Below, one piece after another: positions 56,268 to 64,000 of a DNA stretch of 64,000 nucleotides. Below the pieces are notes generated by a model. That model had not been told where the DNA came from and made no database searches. It saw only the letters and a list, made by a program, of their open reading frames with translations. The stretch's first letter is position 1. Each line of letters opens with the position of its first letter. The position numbers and the translations under genes were made by a program. Origin of the DNA: Caecitellus pseudoparvulus (taxonomy: Eukaryota; Protista; Bigyra: Bicosoecida); NCBI GenBank assembly GCA_965644315.1, contig CBFFRQ010000089.1, forward strand, positions 186,001 through 250,000, in the 5' to 3' direction.

Positions 56268-59200
56268 ATGGCATGTTCTGCTGAGCTGTACGATGGGTAT
56301 GCTGTGCAGGTTCCCGCCGCGCTGACGGCGCTGTGGCCGAAGGTGTGTGGCAGACCACAAGCGATTTCCGCACGCCCACGTCGCTGCTATCCGGAGCCAC
56401 AGCGCACTGGAGCGCTCGCTTCCGCGACAGGACACCATCGCAGTGGACGTAGAATTGGAGATGCAAGGACGTACGGTCGCTTTCTTCTTGCCATGGACGC
56501 ATGCAGCCTTAGCAAGCCCTTCACAGTGCGTCGTGGCTCCCGCTCACACCCTGCACCACACTGCACACTCCTGCGCTGCCTGCACACAGGCACGCGCGCC
56601 TCCCACGAGACCACGTCAGCGCGCTGTTTCCCAGTGTGGCACAAGTACAGCAGGGTGCTTCGGCTGACTGCGCCACCTTGCATGTCTTCCTGTCGCCCGT
56701 GGCAGCGTCTCAGGCGCCGCCCCTCGCGAGCGCCACGCTCCTGCTGCCGTCCTCTGCTGCGTTTCAGGCCGTCGCACAGCACCAAGAGGACCTCTGCGAC
56801 TCCATGCTGCGCAGTGTCTCTGCTGTGCGGCATGGGCAGGCCGTGCCGCTGCTGCTGCCTGGGAGCACGTTTCTCGGGCACATTCTGTGCGACGCTTCGG
56901 CGCAGCAGGGGCTCCACAGACTCGTGCACGACACACAGCTGCACGTGCAGTGTGCTGAGGGTCCTGACGATGCACAAGGGCCGCAGGATCCGCCTCTCAC
57001 GGCTCCCCCCCGCCCGCCGCAAGTGAGTGTGCTCGCGGAAATTGGTGGCAACGCAGTGCGAGCTGCTCTGCCACTGCCCGAGGCTGCCGGCGCCGAAGCA
57101 GCTCCCTTTGCACTGGTACGCCTCAGTGGGGGCATCACAGCCACACTGCCGGTTACCTGGATTGAAGGCGACCCAGCTGCCACCACGCCTGCGCTGCCGC
57201 TGGGGCTGCTGCTGCGTTTCCAGACCGCTGGCAACGCGTCTCAGGAGTCAACCCCCGCCCTGCACATCGAAGAAGTGACACCCATTCCATCCGTCACCAT
57301 GCCGCGCGGCACGTGTGTGGGTGTGCGGCAGGTGCTGTGGGAGGGTGACTCGGGCGCGTTGCAGCCTGCAGCGTTGGCGGCAGCCGCGAAACGCACCCTG
57401 CAGGGGCTGCCCTCCCACCACGCAACGTGTGCTGCTGTGTCCCAGCTGCTGCTTCCCGTCAAGGCGGGGGCAGGAACGCCAAGAATAGTGTTCCTGCAAC
57501 TGTCTGTGCAGAGCGCGCCGCCGTCAGGTTTGCCAGGCGGCAGTGGGGTCATGGTGGGCCCACCCCTGCCCCTCCGACACACAGCACCCGGCACTTCCCT
57601 GGCCCTGTCCTTGGCCACAGCTGACCCCCCCCTGCACCCCTTGCAGTGGGTCCCTGCGCTGTCCACGGCACTGGCTGCCGCGGACGCGGGATGTGGCCCA
57701 GCCATCCTGCACATCACCCGCGCATCAACCTGCCCAGCCGCCACAGCCGAGTCAGTGGCGCATTCCTGTGCTCTACTCGGCGCTCTGGCGTTGGCGGGGT
57801 GCCAGGGGTGTCGGGGGGGGGGTCTGCTCCTCCCCCGCACAGCGTCGCCACCCCCCACTCTTGACGCTCGCAGCCTTCTGGAACCCCCCCCTCCAAATGC
57901 TGCACCTGTTGCGCTGCTGCGCCACGCAGACGTGCTGTGCCCCGACCAGGAACACGTCGATCCCTCTCACACTGACGCTCGGGGCGCGGCGAGTGCTGCA
58001 TTGGCGGAGGGTCAAGCCTGGTTCGCAACGCACCGTGCACTGGCCGGCGTGGCGCTCGTCGTGGCGGTGCACGACACACCGACACCCCACGCACCCCAGC
58101 AGCCGCCAGCTTGGGGCGTGGGGCATGGAGTCACTGGCGTGCATCTCCCTGGGCCCACCCCCCCGCCTGCCGGAACACCCGTCCCCGCAGCTGCCAATGC
58201 CGCAGAGAGTGTCGACGAGGGCGACCCACGTGCGGCCCTGGACGCTGCGTTTCCAGGCATTGGCGGGCTGTGGCCCGCGAAACAGGCGCTGCGTGATGCG
58301 TTACTGCTGCCCCTGCGTTGGCCACGTGTGTTTGGCGCAGCAGGCATGCCGCCGCCGCGGGGGGTGCTGTTGCACGGCCCCAGCGGCTGTGGCAAGTCGG
58401 CCCTGGCTGCGGCCGCGGCTGAGGCCGCAGGAGTCACCGTGCACAGCGTCGCGTGCCCATCCCTGCTGGACAAATATGTGGGCGGGAGCGAGGCTGCGCT
58501 GCGCAGGGTGTGGGCGGAAGCACAAGCCACTGCCCCTGCTGTGTTGGTGCTGGATGAGTTGGACGCCATCGCGCCACAGCGGGGAGCAGGGGGGGCGGAC
58601 GCCGGAACAGGAGTCACTGAACGCATGGTGAACCAACTGCTGACCCTGCTCGATGGCGTGGAAGGCGGGCCGGCCACGGGGGAGCGCGACGTGAAACGCA
58701 GCACGGTGGCCCAGCCCTGGCAGGCGTGGTTGGCACGTGTGCTGGGCATCGACCCTGAAGGCGAGGCGACAGGGGAGGGTGGGCAGGAAAGTGCGCCCTT
58801 TGATGTGTTCGTGATCGGAGTCACCTCCCGGCCTGGTCTCGTGGATGCTGCGTTGAAGCGTCACGGCCGCCTGGGCACGCTGGTGGAGTGTGGCATGCCC
58901 ACCGCAGCGGAGCGCCGCTGCATCGCACAGGCGTTGCTGTCTCAGCATGCACCGGATGAGCAGTGGGACGCCATTGCCGTGCATGCTCTGCTGAGCTGGG
59001 CGGGGGGTGCCCGACACATCACTGGCGCTGACATTGCGGGTGTCATCACGGCAGCAAGCTTGTCCGCCGCTGAGGAGGGGGCCGCCGTGCCCAGCGAAGC
59101 ACACGTGCGTGGTGCGTTTCAGACGGTGCAGCGCCCTGCTCAGCCTGCTCAGCCGACAGTGCGCGGTGGAAAGGGCCGTTCCCGCGTGGCGCTCATGTAG
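56268..59200 (+). CDS. PEX1: Peroxisome biogenesis AAA ATPase PEX1-like (5' exons tentative)
   Basis: D2 domain GPSGCGKS, LLDKYVGGSE, LVLDELDAIAPQRG, TGVTERMVNQLLTLLDGVEG, and a PEX1-like end (GRSRVALM). Probable upstream exons from ATG 56268 (YAVQVPAALTALWPK / DTIAVDVELE..FLPW). Confidence 0.75.
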
Positions 59201-59512
59201 CGCTGCGCAAGGTTGGCGTGTTGCGCGCACGGGGAATGGCTGGGAAGGGGAGTGGTGTGTTGGAGGTAGGTCGGTTTCCTCCACGCCTTGTCTGCTGGTG
59301 GTGTGTGCTCGGGCGCGCTGGCAGGTTGCAGAGTCCGCTTCGCCCTGGTGCAGACTTGCTTGCCTTCGGCTGCTGAGGCTCCGCAGTACACGTCAACTCG
59401 AGCAGCCGCAGTCATATGTAAAAAACCAAGTACACTCCCCATCTTCTCTTCGAAAGCATTTTCGCGGCACCCGCTTTCCTCGCTTTGATCACACACGTAC
59501 GAAGTACGCACC

Positions 59513-61965
59513 ATGGCAGCAGCGGCCACCAGCGCGGCCGTGAAGGCGGGCATGTCAGCGGCCTCCAAGCTGTCCAAACTGCGGCAGGCGTTTGCCTCTG
59601 CAGGGGTGGGCGGTGCGCCCATCCACGCGTTTGTCGTGCCGACGGACGACGCGCACTCGGTGCGTGGCCGGTCTGCCGTTTCGCAGCGAAACGCGTGCGT
59701 GCCACCCCGCCAAGCGCCTCCCTGTGCAGTCGGAGTACGTTGCAGACCACGACAAGCGCCGGGAGTGGCTATCTCATTTCACAGGCTCTGCAGGCACGGC
59801 AGTGGTCACTGAGTCAGAGGCCAAGCTGTGGACGGACGGGCGGTACTTCGCTCAGGCGGTGCGGGAGCTGCCTGAGGGCTGGGCGCTCATGAAGGACCGG
59901 CTGCCGGAGACGCCCTCCGTGGACGCGTGGCTGGCCAAGGTGCTGAAGCCCGGCAGTGCTGTGGGCGTGGACCCCACGACAGTGTCGGCTGGCACGGCTC
60001 TGGCTTGGGAGGCCACCCTGGCTGCAGCTGGCATCACGCTGATGCCTGTGGCGGAGAACCCCATCGACTCGCTGTGGGGCAGCGACACGCCCAGCCAGCC
60101 GCCCGCCCCCTCAGCTGGCGTGCGCGTGCACCCCGTGGCCCTCAGCGGGCAGGCTGCCCCCGCCAAGCTGCAGGCAGTGCGGGAGGCGGCTCTGGATGCG
60201 GGTGTGCACGCGGTGGTGGTGTCCGCTCTGGATGATGTGGCGTGGCTGCTGAACATCCGGGGCGGGGACATCGCCTTCAACCCTGTCGTGCAGGCGTATG
60301 TGCTGGTGACGCAGGGCGCAGTGCAGTTGTTCTTGGACGACTCCAAACTCACTCCAGCTGTTCGGGCGTACCTCACTGGGGAGGGGTACTCCCCCCCTGC
60401 ACAGACAGATGAGGGCGCCTTGCGCTCGCTGCGGGGGGGGCCTGACGGCTCAGCGCTGCTGACGACTGCCGATGAGTCACCTCAAGTGACTCTGCACCCC
60501 TACACGGACATCGTAGACGCGGTGGCTGCCGCGGGGGCACAAGGCAAGGTGTTGCTGGACTCGGCATCTGCGAACTACGCGCTGCTGAACGCACTGCAGC
60601 CTGAAGCCAGGCACGTGACTTCTTCCCCTGTTCGCCTGCCCAAGGCGCTCAAAAATGCCACTGAACTGGCGGGTTTTCGAGCCTGCCACCTGCGTGACGG
60701 CACGGCCCTGACGCAGTGGCTTGCGTGGCTACAGGGGCAAATGGAAGCCGTTGCAAAAACCGCAGCCGCTGCAGTGGAGGGCGGGGCCGACGCTGCCGAA
60801 GCGTACAGCACTGCCTCAGCAGAGGCAGGCCTGACGGAAGCCACTGTGGCCGACAAGCTGCAGTCGTTCCGCGAGGCAGTGCCCGGCTTCGTGAGCCTGT
60901 CGTTCGACACTATTTCCGGCAGTGCCGGCAACGGCGCCATCATCCACTACCACGCCACGCCAGACATCGCCAAGCCTGTGCGGGCTGACAGCATGTACCT
61001 CGTGGACTCGGGCGCACAGTACTTGGTGAGACGGCAGCATGCCTGCCGCCTGCTGTGACATTTGTGAAGCGCACTGCCCCTTGGACACCCGACCACTCCC
61101 CTGTTTCGCAGGACGGCACGACAGACGTTACCCGCACAGTGCACTTCGGAGAGCCCAGCGAGTGGGAGAAGGAGTGCTTCACGCGCGTCTTGCGGGCGCA
61201 CATCGCCATGGACACGGCGGTGTTCCCCGTTGGCTGGTCGTGCGTACAGCGTGTGCCTGCCAGCCCACGCATCCTGCTAGCCACCACCCATCACCCTGCA
61301 CCCCCCACAGCGGAGGCGCCATTGACGGCATCACTCGGCAACCCCTGTGGGAAGGTGGGCTGGAGTACCTGCACGGAACAGGGCACGGCGTGGGGCATTT
61401 CCTGAACGTGCACGAGGGGCCGCAGAGCGTGTCGTTCCGGCCCAACGCGTACAAAGGCGGGCTGCAGCTGGGCATGACCATCACGGATGAGCCTGGGTAC
61501 TACGAGGAAGGCGCCTTCGGCATTCGGTGCGTGGGGTGAACAGTGCTAGGCAAGAGGCGTGCCCGCCAGCCAGGCGTCAGAAACCGCACGCCCCCCATAC
61601 CCCCTCTTCCCTGATGCAGCATTGAGAACGTGTGCGTGGTGGTGCAAGCTGCCAAGGACATCAAGCCGCGAGGACAGGGAGCGACGTTTGAGCACATCAC
61701 GTGCGCCCCCATCACGCCCAAGCTGGTGAACGTGGACCTCCTGAGCGACAAGGAACTGGGCTGGCTGAACGCATACAACGCGTGGGTCAAGGCCATGCTG
61801 ACTCCCCGCCTGGAGGCGGCAGGGGATGCGGCAGCTCTCGCGTACCTGGAGGCGGAGACCCGCCCCGTGGCACGGGCTGACGGCAGCACGGGGCGGTATA
61901 TCCCCGCTGCCAAGGTGCCCGCTGGGGCCGGCACGATGGCTGCTGCGCCTGGCACGCACGCTTGA
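59513..61965 (+). CDS. XPNPEP1: Xaa-Pro aminopeptidase 1 (aminopeptidase P, M24B)
   Basis: Introns 59660-59729, 61026-61111, 61240-61310 and 61527-61619. Motifs [56 protein letters not shown] and GIRIEN. Confidence 0.93.
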
Positions 61966-62389
61966 AGGTGACTTGACACAGTGCCGCCGGCAATGCACTG
62001 CTCCCGTCACGGTGCCTTGGTTGTGCTGTGTATTGGCCACGCCTCGCTAGGCCGGGGATCCCCAGTACAGGCCAGCCAGCTCTGCACACAAAGACGGCAC
62101 CATGGACAGGGGAATCAGGGGACAATCCGACAGCTGCAGCCCGCGGCAGCATGCTCCATCGTTCCGTTCTAGGCTGCAACGGGCGTGTGAAAGAGAGCGG
62201 GTTTGGCTGCTGAAAATATACTCCGTGCGCCACGCTGCTCAAACCAGGAATGTGGCAAAAGCAGCCAACCCAGTCATTCTTCAGTTGCAACGAGGGTTCA
62301 ATTTCCAACTCCGGCTCCATGTTGGCGCTGCCCTGACTGGCCAGTTGTTTCAACTCGAGAGCTGTCGAGGACCAGCCGCACGAAGTGCC

Positions 62390-63289
62390 ATGGCTGCTGT
62401 GAAGGAGAGCACCGGAGAGGCTGAGTCCCCTAACATCGCACCATATGTTGAAATCCTATCGCGACGCGCTCAGCACATCGAAGAGCACGGGTATGGTGCA
62501 CCGGTGGCACTGGGAGAAGGGTCCAGTGTACAGGAAGCAATTTCCGCAGCAAATCCGACCGGCGATCTGCCTGCGCGAGTCCCCCCGCGCATCGTGTTGG
62601 AGGGGGAAGACGGTGCAACCATGGCACTAAGTATGGGGGGGCATGCGTCCCCCGCTGACCCTGCTGTTTCTGCCAAGGCCGATGGCGGCGTAACCACCTC
62701 GCACCCAGCGCCTGCTGACGTCGCTGCGTGCGTGCGCAGTGCCCTGACGACGCAGCAGCAGCGAGTCGCAGCGTACAGGGAGCTAGATGCTGCCTTGAGT
62801 TGCTTCACATCCGACCCGACCCCGCAGCGCCACGGCCAGCTGCTAGCCGAGCTACAGCGGTTGACTCGCGAGTGCGCTGCGATCAGCAACGCAATGCGCC
62901 GCATTGGCACAGCAGCGAGTGAATTGGAGGCTGGCGGCGAGGTCGCTGAGCTCGTAGCACAGCTGCAACAGAATGAAGGCGTGAAATGGCGGCTGACACT
63001 GAACGCGTTGTCGCTGCGTGTGCAGTTGGCTATGCTGGCTCGTGCGCCTGGTGCTGTGTCAGCAGATTGCGAGGCTGCGGAAGTTGAAGCAGACCTTCGC
63101 CAGCGCCTGGCAGAGGCGCGGTCCAGCTTGGCAGGCGTTGTGGAGGAGGTGGCGGATGTGATGGGCTACTTGTCCCTGGCGGGCGTGGAGGGCAGTGATG
63201 AGACGCGTCCCTCGGTGCCTGCTGCCTCCGCGCCAGGTAGGGCAGGGCCAGGCGAGGCTCCTACAGAAGCGAGCGCATCACCGGAATGA
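62390..63289 (+). CDS. REX1-B (required for excision 1-B) domain protein
   Basis: ATG at 62390. Helical pattern QQQRVAAYRELDAAL...LTRECAAISNAMRRI...LVAQLQQNEGVKWRLT resembles the REX1-B family (recalled, not searched). Confidence 0.65.
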   Translation: MAAVKESTGEAESPNIAPYVEILSRRAQHIEEHGYGAPVALGEGSSVQEAISAANPTGDLPARVPPRIVLEGEDGATMALSMGGHASPADPAVSAKADGGVTTSHPAPADVAACVRSALTTQQQRVAAYRELDAALSCFTSDPTPQRHGQLLAELQRLTRECAAISNAMRRIGTAASELEAGGEVAELVAQLQQNEGVKWRLTLNALSLRVQLAMLARAPGAVSADCEAAEVEADLRQRLAEARSSLAGVVEEVADVMGYLSLAGVEGSDETRPSVPAASAPGRAGPGEAPTEASASPE

Positions 63290-63824
63290 AATTGCAGCTA
63301 AGAGCACCCGTCTTGATGCAAATTTCCAACTCTGCTCTCAACAGAGCATGCCTCGGAGCGGGAAAGGCATGGAAACTGAAATGTCCTGCGTTTCACCACG
63401 CGCACACAAACTCTGGCGCATTCCCCGAGCAGGAAAATTAGTCACCCTGAGCTTTTTCCTATCCCGAAGCTAAAAGTAAGCCCACCAGTGCTCTACTGTT
63501 GCTGGAAGTGTGCGTCGACAAGTGTGCCGCCAGGCACTTGGGCACATCTCCGCACCACTTTCGTCAACAACCCCTGATCTGTGAGCCCCACGGATCCCCC
63601 CTTCAGTGCGTGCAGCGGTGAGGCAATGAAGGTGCAAGATCCAAACATTGTCCTCCGCCCGGCCATGCCACAAGCGGCGCGGACTGTGACGCGTTGGTGC
63701 CCCTTTGCGAGTTGGCGTGGTGGTGAGCGGGGGTTTGGCGAAGCACTTCGTTTCCCTTTGCCCTACTCCCAGGACTGACAGGGCGACTGCAAGGAACCCT
63801 CCACACCAAGTCCCCATCTACATC

Positions 63825-64000
63825 ATGGATGCCATGGCTGATGATCTCGTGGCCATCGCCTCGTCTGAGCTGGTGCAGGCGCTGGCGCGTTCAGACGTCG
63901 TGGCAGTCAGAGAAGCACTGGCAACGCCCGGCGTGAAGCCCAACTTGGACATGGAGCCGTACGGCGGGCAAGGCACGCCCCTCAGCTGGGTCATTGGCTT
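63825..64000 (+). CDS. 5' part of a probable ankyrin-like protein (truncated by the window)
   Basis: MDAMADDLVAIASSELVQALARSDVVAVREALATPGVKPNLDMEPYGGQGTPLSWVIG is open to the window end and has an ankyrin-like GTPLSW. Confidence 0.45.
   Translation, partial: MDAMADDLVAIASSELVQALARSDVVAVREALATPGVKPNLDMEPYGGQGTPLSWVIG

Noticed and set aside
1-64000. CRISPR arrays, rRNA, tRNA, prophage or virophage genes
   Set aside because: No repeat-spacer periodicity, no recognisable structural RNA, and no capsid, integrase or polymerase motifs were found by eye. Small ncRNAs cannot be excluded without covariance searches.

Overview
GC-rich (roughly 65-70% by eye), gene-dense eukaryotic DNA with short GT-AG introns (GTGCGT/GTGAGT donors, C-rich ...GCAG acceptors). 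It is probably from a protist, possibly a stramenopile, but the taxon cannot be established from sequence alone. About 24 genes are supported. In order: an FG-GAP/integrin-alpha-like protein, an ADPRM-type phosphoesterase fused to LRRs, a WW-kinase, a PaaI thioesterase, a 4,176-aa HECT E3 ligase, a 15-kb accessory cluster, an acylated ankyrin protein, three tandem kinases, a Kelch-TM-RING E3, a TALE homeobox gene, AP2S1, PEX1, aminopeptidase P and REX1-B. The main finding is the accessory cluster at 22.9-37.8 kb, directly upstream of the HECT gene. It holds seven apparently intronless genes: six degenerate ankyrin-like solenoids and one LamG/ConA-fold protein. They share a short W-x-x-R-R-x-h-h-h-h-R motif (h = hydrophobic), C-terminal in six genes and internal in two (one gene has both). 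A recent tandem duplicate pair in the cluster is near-identical except for gap-free hypervariable patches in predicted ankyrin binding loops. This fits a family of diversifying recognition modules with a common docking tail, possibly ubiquitin-ligase adaptors or immune receptors (inference). No rRNA, tRNA, CRISPR array or transposase was recognised.
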